A stretch of 64,000 bases of DNA from an uncultured virus (IMG/VR IMGVR_UViG_3300025015_000444) (IMGVR_UViG_3300025015_000444), one strand, 5' to 3'. Numbered from the stretch's first letter, positions 9,541 to 19,965 are shown. The notes: generated by a model from the sequence alone, not told the origin. Translations and numbers: made by a program.

Positions 9541-10130
9541 TAGAGGTTCTCCTTTTGGGGGTTCGCGTTTTTCAAGGGGTAGACATAGTCAGAGTGGGGG
9601 AGGTCTCTGTTGAGAAAACGACAGAGGGATCGTTCTTTCTCTGTTTCGTCCAAGGAAAGCAACAGTAGACGGTTTGCCCGGTGGCCCTCAAAGTAATTCA
9701 AGACAGCTTGGTGGTGCCGGTCGAACACATCCCCGAATTGGCCTCTGTGAAAGCGTCGAGTACCGAAAGTGCTCATGTTGGATAGGAACGTGTCCGGATC
9801 CTGGTTCAACCCGGCTTCTGCCCTTTCTTGCCACCAGCGTTCGCAGGAGTCAAGCCATGTTTCTCTTGAACGGGTGTTCAGAATGAACAAGCTGTTAGGG
9901 TACTGAAGGTCTAACTGGGAGTAGTATCGGGTACCAAAATGAACCAGGGCATCCCATTGGTCGGGGCACCAGAGGAAGTCAGCCTCTTCCAGGATTTGTT
10001 TGTAGAAAGCCCAGGGGTTGTGAATGGTTCGCAAGCCGAGGTCAGTCAAGGCTTGAGCCAAAGATACGGTTCCTGTTTTTGGTAGCCCGATGGCGAAGAC
10101 CTTGGTTTCGATGGGCACAACCATTGTCAT
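9540..10130 (-). CDS. sulfotransferase-family protein
   Basis: KVFAIGLPKTGTVSL PAPS-binding loop and FILNTRSRETWLDS. Confidence 0.75.
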   Translation of the reverse strand: MTMVVPIETKVFAIGLPKTGTVSLAQALTDLGLRTIHNPWAFYKQILEEADFLWCPDQWDALVHFGTRYYSQLDLQYPNSLFILNTRSRETWLDSCERWWQERAEAGLNQDPDTFLSNMSTFGTRRFHRGQFGDVFDRHHQAVLNYFEGHRANRLLLLSLDETEKERSLCRFLNRDLPHSDYVYPLKNANPQKENL

Positions 10131-10306
10131 TGACAAATCCCCGAACTTTTTGCAGAGCATTGACCGACAAGGCGCTTTGGGCTACGACCTCCATCTCCCG
10201 TAGCGTTGTTCAAAGGTTCTCCATAGCAGCGCCCATGGGTCGTGTTAGGGGATCAGGCTGTGCGAGATCCGTTTCGCCAAAATACGTCGCTATCAGGATC
10301 CGAACC

Positions 10307-12385
10307 TCATATCTCTGCATCAGTGTTTGACCCCTCTACATCCATTCCGAGATATGGGCACTTAGCACAGTCTGGGAACTGTGCTGAGTTCACTTTGCCT
10401 GCTAGGATTTGTTGTCGCAGTTTGCTAAGTTGGTCACCTCGCCATGGATCCTCCATGGCTTGCCCAAGATCAGTGTGGTAGTGGCTTCGGCAGCAGGGAT
10501 GTGCCCGACCATCTATACCTATATCCATTTGCCGCCAAGGCAGCGGGCAGAATCGTCGGCCCGGTCGTACCTCGGGAAGTGCTTCCGGAGCCTTTCGGTC
10601 CGACGCATAGTCGTTGATTAATAGGTTGGGACACAGATCCCGAGCATGATCAATCGCAAGGCTCAGCCGTGGGTCATCCGCCGGGATCCTTCGATATTCC
10701 GCTGGGGTCCCCTCCATTCCGGCCCCAAGAAGGACAGAGAGATAGGAGGTGCCCAGGTCCGAACACAAACGAGCCATCTGAGAAAGATGGGCCAAGTTGT
10801 CCTCGAAAAGGACAAAATTGACGCCCACTCGCCGAAAGGGGTGCTTGTTGGGGTGCTTGACCGCAGTCGTCAGATTGTCGAGCACTTGGTCCCATTTGAG
10901 ACCTCGCCGGATTGTCTCATATGCCTCTCGCTGGGCCGCATCAATAGAGAAAGTGAGGTAGCCTGGAACTGAAAGAAGGGCGAGATGCTGGTGGAGAAGG
11001 GCACCGTTTGTTATGATGTTGAGCATGAATGGGTTACTTTCAATCCTCTGTTGTCGCCTTAGCACTTGGACCATATCCTCAAGGAGGATATCGAATTGAG
11101 GATGCACTAGAGGTTCACCAAAAGAAGAGAACTCAAGGCTGTCCAAGCCCATGCCATATTTGTCCAATAGCCCGCTGAAGATCTGTGGCTTCAGTATGCC
11201 CCTGTGACTATCCGGCCCGCCTCCTGTTCGACGTTGGGCTTGCCAACACATAATACAGTCGGCATTGCAAACATCCCCAATGTAAACCGTAAGGTGCCTG
11301 GGGCCAGAGGAGAAAGCTGTTTCATAGGCTTCACCCGTGGCATATGGCGGTTGTCGTTCTGCTGCCACATAGTCGGGCCAGGTTTGTAAGTCTGCGAGAG
11401 GGCACAATTTCCCCTCTGGTGAAGTGAAGACTAAGGATCTCATGGGGTCAACTGTGGCAAGAGCCGCAGACGTTATTCGGCGATCTAAACCCCCGACCTC
11501 AACAACCTGGAGGCTCTGAGCTTGGGGGGTGTGGATTCCATGTACAGTGTGGGGAATCTCCAAAGTCCCTAGAAGATTGCAAAAGATGGGCACCCTGAGT
11601 TCTTCCGAGTACCCAGCGACGATGCGGCATAGTTTTCGCAAACCCTCCTCGGTCTGGGCTGGGTTTTCTCCAAGTGCCTCTTGAATCTGTTTGTGCCCTG
11701 GCCACGATACGGGCCACGAAAGCCTCATGTAGTCCTGTTGACTGTAACAAGGAAATACCGTGGGGGGAAACTCAATTTGGTAATGCCCCACTTTGCCTAT
11801 GCCGTTTAGAGGACTCGTCCACCAATGCTGTGTGGCAAGCACTACCTCAGGATGAAGAACAACCTCGGAGTAGGACATGATGTGGCCGTCCAAAGGGTGT
11901 CGATAGATCGCTTGAAATCCTCTGAGAACATCGAAAAGATGCCAGGCTCCGTCGTAATATGCTTCACCAACCGTATGCCCACTGATTCCGTCGGTGTGCT
12001 GGAGGGCCAACTCACGCACCTCTATACCCTGGAGATAGAAAGCAAGGAAACCGAAGACCTTCACTTGTTGATCACACCAGCCGTAGCCTTGTCGCAGAAT
12101 GCGGAAAGGTCGGATTTCACCCCCATGCTCCGCCGAACTCTGTAGAGAACCCCCAACCCAGGCCATGAGTCTGAGAAGTCGTTCCTCCATAAAACCCTGA
12201 CCCATACAGACCTTGGCATCCTTTAGGAAGCGTTTCTCAATTTGAATTTCGAGATCGCGCTCCGAGCGCACCATCTGAGCCATTTCGGGGAGGCTACATG
12301 CGGTAAGGATCATCTGAGCAAAGCTCGGCAATCCCTTTGGGGGCGCATTCAACTCGTCGGAGACACCCGAAACGGGAAGGGCCAT
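10307..12385 (-). CDS. transglutaminase-like domain(s) fused to radical SAM/SPASM-twitch enzyme
   Basis: GWCDQ, GHTV, WHLFD triad; CNADCIMC (CxxxCxxC), GEPL, CPLPW..PCC..CAKC. Confidence 0.8.
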   Translation of the reverse strand: MALPVSGVSDELNAPPKGLPSFAQMILTACSLPEMAQMVRSERDLEIQIEKRFLKDAKVCMGQGFMEERLLRLMAWVGGSLQSSAEHGGEIRPFRILRQGYGWCDQQVKVFGFLAFYLQGIEVRELALQHTDGISGHTVGEAYYDGAWHLFDVLRGFQAIYRHPLDGHIMSYSEVVLHPEVVLATQHWWTSPLNGIGKVGHYQIEFPPTVFPCYSQQDYMRLSWPVSWPGHKQIQEALGENPAQTEEGLRKLCRIVAGYSEELRVPIFCNLLGTLEIPHTVHGIHTPQAQSLQVVEVGGLDRRITSAALATVDPMRSLVFTSPEGKLCPLADLQTWPDYVAAERQPPYATGEAYETAFSSGPRHLTVYIGDVCNADCIMCWQAQRRTGGGPDSHRGILKPQIFSGLLDKYGMGLDSLEFSSFGEPLVHPQFDILLEDMVQVLRRQQRIESNPFMLNIITNGALLHQHLALLSVPGYLTFSIDAAQREAYETIRRGLKWDQVLDNLTTAVKHPNKHPFRRVGVNFVLFEDNLAHLSQMARLCSDLGTSYLSVLLGAGMEGTPAEYRRIPADDPRLSLAIDHARDLCPNLLINDYASDRKAPEALPEVRPGRRFCPLPWRQMDIGIDGRAHPCCRSHYHTDLGQAMEDPWRGDQLSKLRQQILAGKVNSAQFPDCAKCPYLGMDVEGSNTDAEI

Positions 12386-12389
12386 TGTC

Positions 12390-13277
12390 TTACCCCTTCT
12401 TGATCCCACGAAGGCTGACCGGAAAATCCCCAAACCAGAGCACCTCAAAACCTGTCTCAATGAACCAGCCCCGGATCTCATTAATGGTGTGCCCACTTCG
12501 ATATTGGGGTGTGTGCCAATCGAAAGTGTCACTGATGCACTCTTCGTCATCCAGGCTGTTACTGGCTCTAAGAACCTGCTGTAGCGGCCCCCATTTTCCT
12601 GCATAGATGTCCCTCAGCCTGGGGGCAAATTGTTCACAGGCTGTATGAAGAGCCTCTGGCGGGCAGGTTTTGGTGAGCATGTGGAGAAACTCTGCCGCCA
12701 AAGCCACCTCAGGATCAACCACTTTCTGGTTCTGATCTCCACCTGGATTGATATAGAGCCAGACGCCCAGTTCTCCTCCGGGCTTGACCGTCCTGGCAAT
12801 CTCCTGAAAGGCAGCTTTGGGGTCGGCTGTGTGGTGGAGGACACCAATGCTGAAGGCTTTGTCCACCGAGGCACTTGCCAAGGGCAGATGCAAGAGATCC
12901 GCCTGTATGAACTGGCCTTTGGGAAGCAGCCTTGCGGCTGCTTCTATCCCATGTTCCGAACCATCCACCCCCACAACGGAAGCCCCCCAAGAAAAGGCGA
13001 TCTCGGAAAAACGGCCACACCCGCACCCAGCGTCTAATACGATTTGTTTTGCAAGGTCCGGGGCTTTCCAGCCCGTCTTCATCTCGAATATGCCTGCGGT
13101 AGTGATCTGGGGCTTGGGGTGTTTCTGCCACCGTTTGTCAAACCCCACATCCACAGTGGTAGTGAATCTAGGTAGCCCCTTTCTGACTGGATACTCTGTC
13201 TGACAGGCCGGGCAGGCGACACAGGAAGTCCCTTTTGCCAGAAGCACTCGGCATTGAGGGCACACTAATTGAAGCAT
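12390..13277 (-). CDS. class I SAM methyltransferase with Trm112-like Zn N-terminus
   Basis: LVCPQC, CPAC..YPV; VLDAGCGCG, GVLHH, KPGG. Confidence 0.88.
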   Translation of the reverse strand: MLQLVCPQCRVLLAKGTSCVACPACQTEYPVRKGLPRFTTTVDVGFDKRWQKHPKPQITTAGIFEMKTGWKAPDLAKQIVLDAGCGCGRFSEIAFSWGASVVGVDGSEHGIEAAARLLPKGQFIQADLLHLPLASASVDKAFSIGVLHHTADPKAAFQEIARTVKPGGELGVWLYINPGGDQNQKVVDPEVALAAEFLHMLTKTCPPEALHTACEQFAPRLRDIYAGKWGPLQQVLRASNSLDDEECISDTFDWHTPQYRSGHTINEIRGWFIETGFEVLWFGDFPVSLRGIKKG

Positions 13278-13344
13278 GGACCTCTCCTTTTGGTTGCCCA
13301 ATAGCGGACATCGGTGGACCCCTGTGTCCCAAAAAAGCAGTTAG

Positions 13345-13920
13345 TCATTTCGTTACCCAGACCCCAAAATTGCAAGCCTGTTCCTGGTCTTGCAGTTCTG
13401 GGCGCGGCGTGATTGTCCAGAATGCGTCCGCAAGCCAGACCTGATAGGAACACCCGGCCAGAAGATCCTTCAGTTCTGTCGGGGTATACTCGCGGGCGTG
13501 AAAACGGTTCATGGCCAAGGTCCTTGGCCCGAAGAAATTCCAGTTGGGGGTTGTGAGAAAGGTTCCAATCGTAGCTACCCGAAGCAGGTGCTGGAAAAAT
13601 GCCCGGTCTTCAAGGACATGCTCAATGACATCGCAGGCAATTGACACATCATATTGTCCTGAGGCGATGTCCTCTATTCGGGTCGGCTGCACGTCTTCTC
13701 GAAGAGGCAACGGGTCCACTCCATGCACTTCTTTGGCTCCCATTGCTTTCAAGAGATCCATGCCATAGCCATCAGCAGCCCCCACATCGAGCACCCGACG
13801 ATCCTGAACAAACAAAGCTCCGAATCGGTACCAAGCTTCCTGATACCGCCCCTGTGTTTCGAGGCGTTGTGCCAAGGAGAGGGTCTCTATGGGGATAAAT
13901 GCTCCGGGTTGGTTAGGCAT
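13345..13920 (-). CDS. class I SAM methyltransferase
   Basis: VLDVGAADG, DVIEHV, TTPN, HAREYT. Confidence 0.85.
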   Translation of the reverse strand: MPNQPGAFIPIETLSLAQRLETQGRYQEAWYRFGALFVQDRRVLDVGAADGYGMDLLKAMGAKEVHGVDPLPLREDVQPTRIEDIASGQYDVSIACDVIEHVLEDRAFFQHLLRVATIGTFLTTPNWNFFGPRTLAMNRFHAREYTPTELKDLLAGCSYQVWLADAFWTITPRPELQDQEQACNFGVWVTK

Positions 13921-16900
13921 TAGAGACTTTTCGAAAGCAGTTGTTCATAACGGGATGCCCAGACTGCCCAAGACCAACGCTCTTGAATTTCCTGCCGGTT
14001 AAGCAAGCCCATCTCTTGTACTCGTTTGGGATCCTTTTTGAGCTTCCGGATGGCCTTCGAAATGGCCTCCAGATTTCGCTCTACCAGAACTATACCCGTA
14101 TCCCCCAAGTGGGCCAGTTGGGATTCGTACATCTCCCGGTGGTTACCTACGTCGGTCGTGATCAAAGCGTGCCCACTGGCCATGGCTTCCATGACTGAGT
14201 TTGAGGCCCCCTCGTATATGCTCACGGATACGGCCAGGTTGGCCTGCTGGTAGAATGCAGGCATGTCCGCAGGGGCAACCCTCTTGGTGTGATACTCGGC
14301 ATAGACAAGAGGAACCCCTGCTGCTTCACAAGCGGGTTGAACCAGGTTGTAGAAACCTTTGACATCGATCCCCGCCACATTGATGTGCTTTGCATTCCCA
14401 TTCCAGCTTGCAACAACCTTATCTCGGATGGGTGTTGGAGAAAGGAACCGTCGCATGTTGACGGGGTTCGTCAGATAAATTGCGCTGGGACAGTGCTTCT
14501 GTAGTTCTCGGAGAGCATCTTGGGTGGTCACATGAAAACCACGGAAACGATTGACCAAGTCGAAAGATTCTTTTGTAGGCGGGCCGGGCCTCTCGGGAAT
14601 AAACCACCGAGTACGAAGGCTGCCCACTGCCCGAGAATAATCCAGACGTTGATTGACATTTGGCCAACGCAGATAGGACACATAGATAACATGGTATCGG
14701 TTTTCCAAGGAGTCCGGCCAAGGGACCTGCTCCCCAACATACCAGAAGTCGAAATTGAACTGGTCCTTTAGATACTCCGCCATGTCTCGAAGGTTGATGT
14801 CAAAGGCCCAGTTGCGGACATCCGCTAGAAGCAAGGCCCGAGGTTTCTGTCCCCTTCCGAGCTTGGGTGCTGTGAAAACCTTGGGGTTTGGTGAGACCTG
14901 TGTGATTGTTCCCTCTTTCGATTCGGTAATGACAGGTGTGGATGCCTGAGCGAAAACCCCGAAACCTCTCTCCTGTAATGCCGCTTGAGTCTGGGCCAGG
15001 AACCCCGGCAAGAGGGAGTCCAAAACATCTCGTTGTGTCTGAACCAGTTTCTGACAACGCTCTGGGTAAGCCAGGAGCTTGACAACCTTCTCCCGGATCT
15101 GAGTCGAAGAAGAAGCCGGACGGACGAGACACAAGTCCTTTGCCCAATCTGGGAGCAGCCCAACCCATTCAACCGCATCCGAAAGAATAACCGGTGTTCC
15201 TAGATGGACCGCCTCTAAAACCAGATAGGGCCAGGTGTCCGTCAACGAAGGATGCACCAGAAGCTGAGCCGAGGCTAAGAGTTTCAGTGTAGCCACTCGG
15301 TTCAGGAAAGGATGCGTTGTGACCTTCTCCCCCGCAAGCACGGTTGTAATGGCGACCCCCCGAGAGCCTTCCAATGATCCTTGCCCTATATGAATGTCCG
15401 CTCCAAACCCCACACAACCAACAACCGAAGCAAGCACATTCTTAGCTGCCGATGGGTAGCTGCTATTGAGACCAACCACAATCCGTTTGGGGACTTTCTG
15501 TACTCCGGTCACAGTATCGCGTAACTTGGACATTGACCACAGGGGTCGAATCTTGATAGCCCCGACAGGTGGCTCATCCTGTCCGGAAAGCCAAACCAAA
15601 GTAATGCACTTGGCCGCCGAAGCTTGTAGAGCCTCCTGAAGGGCTGTTCCCTCATTGAGCAGGTCGGAACCCGTCCATCCTGAATGCCAGAGAACAAAGA
15701 CCTTGCCGGGGAACTCTTTTCCCAGGGTTTCGTAGCCACGGCCCCAACCGTGTAGTAGGACAGGCCGTCCGGCTTCCAAATGGGCACGAAGCCCCGAAAA
15801 GGGTACAGACACAAAACCATAAGCACAAAGCCCCTCCACCAAGGCACTCTGTCCCGGTCCTCCCGCCTCACAAGTGACCATGGGTTGTGAGGGTGCTTTG
15901 AGCCTGGGTGGCGCCGGGACTGGTTCGGAAAGGGGCGGGGTGGCCTGTATCTCTTGGATCAGCGGTGCCCAAGAGGGTACCAACCCTGCTTCTTTCCAGG
16001 TCCCTAAGCCTCGGATCTGAAACGTCCCTTTGCTGGTGCTACTGCCTTTGTCCACCAAAGGTCGGTCCCAGATGTTCTTGCCGTGTTGGAGGCACACGGT
16101 CTTGGCCAGATCATCCGTGAGATCAGCCGGAACGGGCCGCCGTTCAAGTCGTTGGATCCGATCTACCAGAGGCCCGTCTTTTCCCCTCTCAAGCTCGGGC
16201 CATCCCTGAATCTCTCGCAAGAGCTTGGTCGAGAACGAAAGGGATGTCCCGATAAGGCCCACTCGTGGCCCCTCCCATCGGGTGAGACAATCCTGAGCCA
16301 CATGATAGAAATGGCAGATCCGCGATCCTGCCCATTCAAAACCACCTGTGAAGGCGCTAACGGCTGCGGCCAAACGGCCTTGCGGTTGAAGATCATCATC
16401 ATCAGCCAGGATCACAAGCTCGGCATCTGTCTCTTGCAGGAGCTTGTTGAGTTTGGTTGTGACTAGACTAGATGCAACAGATACGAACCGAGTCCGATCA
16501 AAGTCGCCTGCTTCCCAGCGGCCAAGATCTGTTGGCTCCCCCGCAACCAGAATCTCATAGGTCCACCCAGGAGGTACTGTCTGTATGGCAAGAGTTTGGA
16601 GACAAACCCGGAGCAGGGCCGGGCGATGATGGGTCGCAATCAGGAAAGCAGCCTTTTTAGGGATCGGTGTTGGGACTGTTCCAAAGGTAACTGAAACATG
16701 CACTGGTTCAGGTTGGGGAGAAACAAGGGAAGCAGCCTTCTTGGCGACCAAGTCAAGAGGCTCTCTTGCAACAGGGGGTGTCAAAACAGATTCCGGAACA
16801 GCCCGACTACGTACTATGGTTTGTCGTCTGGCCATGGGTGGCTGTATCCTGTTGGTTGTTGCATTTGGTTCGTTTCGGATTCCACCGGAAACCATGTCAT

Positions 16901-17408
16901 GTTCTGTGGTATAGTGTTGCACCTCGGGGTCTTGAAGTCGCCCCAGACCCAGTTTACCCACGATGAAGCTCTTGGCTTGGAAAATGGTAGGTACTGAAGT
17001 CTCAACCCGATCTGCCGACATTGTCGTCGGTCGTGGCCGACCCCCGCTCAACCCCAGAAGCCCCTTGTGTTCATCCTGAATGGCCTCCCAGGAAGCTGTT
17101 GCCACAGGAATCAAGTGGGGATGAGGCACTGCCCCACCTTCCAACACGATGTAGTAGATCGCATGATGCGGGGACAAGATCTCAATCAGTCCCCCCTCAG
17201 AAGATGGGGGGCTTTCACCAAGATGTTGACCCTTGAACTGTCGAAGCAGCTTCCGAGTGGCTTCCGGAGCCGGACCACAGATGTGAATCCGGACTCGATC
17301 CATATCCCGACCTGAACTGAGAATTCGAGACAGAGCCTCTAGGGTAGTGGCAATCTTCTCGCCGTCCGTGCCCAGAAGGGTAAGAAGGATGTCAGGAGCA
17401 CGTCTCAT
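13920..17408 (-). CDS. multidomain glycosyltransferase (GT2-like plus two GT4-like modules)
   Basis: LIATHHRP and LADDDD (GT-A); HPSLTDTWPYLVLEA and SIYEGASNSVMEAMASG..TDVG (GT-B). Confidence 0.82.
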   Translation of the reverse strand: MRRAPDILLTLLGTDGEKIATTLEALSRILSSGRDMDRVRIHICGPAPEATRKLLRQFKGQHLGESPPSSEGGLIEILSPHHAIYYIVLEGGAVPHPHLIPVATASWEAIQDEHKGLLGLSGGRPRPTTMSADRVETSVPTIFQAKSFIVGKLGLGRLQDPEVQHYTTEHDMVSGGIRNEPNATTNRIQPPMARRQTIVRSRAVPESVLTPPVAREPLDLVAKKAASLVSPQPEPVHVSVTFGTVPTPIPKKAAFLIATHHRPALLRVCLQTLAIQTVPPGWTYEILVAGEPTDLGRWEAGDFDRTRFVSVASSLVTTKLNKLLQETDAELVILADDDDLQPQGRLAAAVSAFTGGFEWAGSRICHFYHVAQDCLTRWEGPRVGLIGTSLSFSTKLLREIQGWPELERGKDGPLVDRIQRLERRPVPADLTDDLAKTVCLQHGKNIWDRPLVDKGSSTSKGTFQIRGLGTWKEAGLVPSWAPLIQEIQATPPLSEPVPAPPRLKAPSQPMVTCEAGGPGQSALVEGLCAYGFVSVPFSGLRAHLEAGRPVLLHGWGRGYETLGKEFPGKVFVLWHSGWTGSDLLNEGTALQEALQASAAKCITLVWLSGQDEPPVGAIKIRPLWSMSKLRDTVTGVQKVPKRIVVGLNSSYPSAAKNVLASVVGCVGFGADIHIGQGSLEGSRGVAITTVLAGEKVTTHPFLNRVATLKLLASAQLLVHPSLTDTWPYLVLEAVHLGTPVILSDAVEWVGLLPDWAKDLCLVRPASSSTQIREKVVKLLAYPERCQKLVQTQRDVLDSLLPGFLAQTQAALQERGFGVFAQASTPVITESKEGTITQVSPNPKVFTAPKLGRGQKPRALLLADVRNWAFDINLRDMAEYLKDQFNFDFWYVGEQVPWPDSLENRYHVIYVSYLRWPNVNQRLDYSRAVGSLRTRWFIPERPGPPTKESFDLVNRFRGFHVTTQDALRELQKHCPSAIYLTNPVNMRRFLSPTPIRDKVVASWNGNAKHINVAGIDVKGFYNLVQPACEAAGVPLVYAEYHTKRVAPADMPAFYQQANLAVSVSIYEGASNSVMEAMASGHALITTDVGNHREMYESQLAHLGDTGIVLVERNLEAISKAIRKLKKDPKRVQEMGLLNRQEIQERWSWAVWASRYEQLLSKSL

Positions 17409-18421
17409 CAGAACCAACTGACCCCGTACTGTCGGTCCTTGACTTCATCCCATTGAGGGAGCTTCTGACACTCGGCTTCGGAATAGACTCGGCGGAGTTC
17501 CTTTCCAAAAGTGGACACACCCACGGTCAAACCCAGGACGTTTTGAAAATGCCACCACTCAGCCCCGCCATATTCCCCACCCTGGAAGAAAGACAGACGA
17601 CCAGAAATGGGCAAGAACCCATTTCTGGCCAAGAGAGCCGTCAGATTGAAAGCATCAGCCAACACGGGTTCGGTCAGAATCTGGGTGTACGGTTTCCCTT
17701 TGGCCCCTTTCTTGGTCACGACCTTGGTGACATTCTCGATCAGACTCACACAGGGAACCGTGGCCGGAGCTAGATTGAGCAGGGTTGCCAAAGGCATCGT
17801 AGACCGACACCAAACGGTCCACATTCGGGAACCATCAGGAGCCGTGTTTCGCACGACCAGATAGGGATCCTTGAGCGGATGTTGCATCCCGGTGTCTGTA
17901 GCTAAATCAAAAGCCCGGCCGGTGTAGTGAAAAGAGGTCTGCGAACGGCTTGAACTCATAGCTGCTGATAGGGAGCGTTTCCCACCAGCCGTGGTGAGTA
18001 GTCCGCCTAGACGACGCACCTCGTCATACACTTTTTGATAGGCTGCTGCCGTGTCAGCCCGGAGCGTGAGATGGTTGTAGCCCCCACTCCCTGGGGCTAT
18101 GTCCGCCCGACATTTCTCCCAAGCTAACAAAACATCTTCGGTCGGGGGAGGAGACAACGGAGCCGGGACTTCTACGACTAACCCATAGGTGACTTCGGCT
18201 ACGCCCCCAGCGGCTTTCAGAACCTTGTTGTAGGTCTTGAGAGTAGATGGACCCGCAATACCATCGGCATAGAGCTTGTAACGGGTCTGGAAGGCCACCA
18301 CGGCGAGTTCCGTGAGATGACCGAAGTTCCCATCCGCTGTTCCCGACTTGAAGCCCAGGAAGTTCAAGCCTGCTTGGAGTCGTTTGGCATCCTCGCTCTT
18401 GGAACCGATTTTGAGTACCAT
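17408..18421 (-). CDS. endolysin (peptidoglycan-binding domain plus M15-like Zn peptidase)
   Basis: DGNFG..TE.AV.AFQ..L.ADGIAGP.T; SFHYTGRAFD and EWWH. Confidence 0.82.
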   Translation of the reverse strand: MVLKIGSKSEDAKRLQAGLNFLGFKSGTADGNFGHLTELAVVAFQTRYKLYADGIAGPSTLKTYNKVLKAAGGVAEVTYGLVVEVPAPLSPPPTEDVLLAWEKCRADIAPGSGGYNHLTLRADTAAAYQKVYDEVRRLGGLLTTAGGKRSLSAAMSSSRSQTSFHYTGRAFDLATDTGMQHPLKDPYLVVRNTAPDGSRMWTVWCRSTMPLATLLNLAPATVPCVSLIENVTKVVTKKGAKGKPYTQILTEPVLADAFNLTALLARNGFLPISGRLSFFQGGEYGGAEWWHFQNVLGLTVGVSTFGKELRRVYSEAECQKLPQWDEVKDRQYGVSWF

Positions 18422-18649
18422 GGTGTTCACCTCTCCTGGGGATCATTCTACCCACGGGGGTGACAAGATAGATGGGTTATTCAGTGTCAGTTTTGACTTG
18501 GATGTGCGTCCAACCAAAGCCGGGATCTACTCGGGGTAGCCCATGGATTTGATTTTGTCACGCCCCCTGGCTACGTGCCCTCTAGCCCTTCTGGACGGAT
18601 CCCCCATACATTTGGGTAGGGTCGGTCGCCACCCTCGGTAGACTCGTCG

Positions 18650-19243
18650 CTACTTCGGGTAGATGCCAGCAAGCAGAGTACGGGCTGCTTTCTGAAGTTC
18701 AAGCCGGGCCTGTTTCTTATCGGTGGGTAGCAGTCGAAGGATGAACGCCGGGTGATATAAAGGAATCACTGGGATAGGCTCCCCTGCCCACTGAACCGTG
18801 CGGGGTCGCCAGGTGAGTCCGGGAGTCTCCAGGAACGAGGACACAGCCCCATAACGACAGGTCAGTGTTTCGATGGCCGTTTTGCCAAGAGCGACCAACA
18901 CTTTCGGGTTCACCTGTTGGATCTGTCTCTCCAAACGGGGGAGACAGGCCAGAATCTCGTTCACCTCGGGTTCTCGGTTACTTGGGGGCCGACAACACAC
19001 CACGTTGGTTATGTAAACCCCGGCTCGGGTCAGGCCCACCTGTCTCAGGAGCTTGTTCAGGAGATGCCCGGCTGGACCGACAAAGGGTTCACCCCACTCG
19101 TCTTCCAGTTGGCCCGGCCCCTCTCCAATCAACATGACCTCGGCCTTTGGGTTGCCTATCCCGTAGACCAGATTGGTGCGGGTTGAATGCAGAGAACATC
19201 GGGTACAGGTTGCCCATTCTTGGTACCCTTGAGGGACTACCAT
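18650..19243 (-). CDS. uracil-DNA glycosylase, family 4
   Basis: CTRCSL, GEGPG, PFVGPAG, TNVVCCRPP.NR.P, YHPA. Confidence 0.92.
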   Translation of the reverse strand: MVVPQGYQEWATCTRCSLHSTRTNLVYGIGNPKAEVMLIGEGPGQLEDEWGEPFVGPAGHLLNKLLRQVGLTRAGVYITNVVCCRPPSNREPEVNEILACLPRLERQIQQVNPKVLVALGKTAIETLTCRYGAVSSFLETPGLTWRPRTVQWAGEPIPVIPLYHPAFILRLLPTDKKQARLELQKAARTLLAGIYPK

Positions 19244-19965
19244 TGGGAACTCCGTTTTGTCTTGCCCCGACTGGATTGGGCAGGTTGCTGCCAGGTCTTA
19301 GCCGAGGTGCTTCCTGCGGCCCCACCTAAACTGAAGCTACCTCGGATAAATGGCAGTTCGGGGGCAACGGGCTTGAATCCGATTGGTGTTACACCTTCCG
19401 TCAGAACCAGTTCACAGGCCCGTTCTTCTGTGACCGCCATGAGGAACTCGTTGTCTTCGGCATAGGCAAGGTACTGGTCGTTGAAGATGAGTCCATCGGG
19501 TAGAACAACTTTGTCACCATGAATCAGACGAATCTCACGGATCATGGCGAATGGGCCTTGAGCACGACGTTGGATCCGACCAGCCCAGTCTCGGTCTTGA
19601 TAGATTACCCTGTCAGGGCTTTCACCTAACCTGAGGCTGGTCTGAATGGATCCCATCTCATGTTCCTTGGGTCCAAAAATGAACCGTAATCCTGAGATGT
19701 CAATGACGGTACTTCCAGCACCGAGGGACCGAAGAAAACCACGGGCCTCTGCCAGCCATTGAGTTGTTTCCTTGTGATTTGGGCCGACAAGCAACACGTC
19801 TTTCCTGTCCATCATCTTGAGACAGGCTGTGACCAGCATCCAGGTTGTCGCTCCGAGTCTCCGATAGAGTTCCTGACCTGCTCTGCGGTTCTCCTGGAGC
19901 ATCTTGTGAATGTGCTCATCCAGAGGTTCGAGATCGAGATGGTGGTATGCCTGATCCAGGGTCAT
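19237..19965 (-). CDS. hypothetical protein
   Basis: 242-aa ORF in operon; CGGGTAGA box upstream. Confidence 0.6.
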   Translation of the reverse strand: MTLDQAYHHLDLEPLDEHIHKMLQENRRAGQELYRRLGATTWMLVTACLKMMDRKDVLLVGPNHKETTQWLAEARGFLRSLGAGSTVIDISGLRFIFGPKEHEMGSIQTSLRLGESPDRVIYQDRDWAGRIQRRAQGPFAMIREIRLIHGDKVVLPDGLIFNDQYLAYAEDNEFLMAVTEERACELVLTEGVTPIGFKPVAPELPFIRGSFSLGGAAGSTSAKTWQQPAQSSRGKTKRSSQW

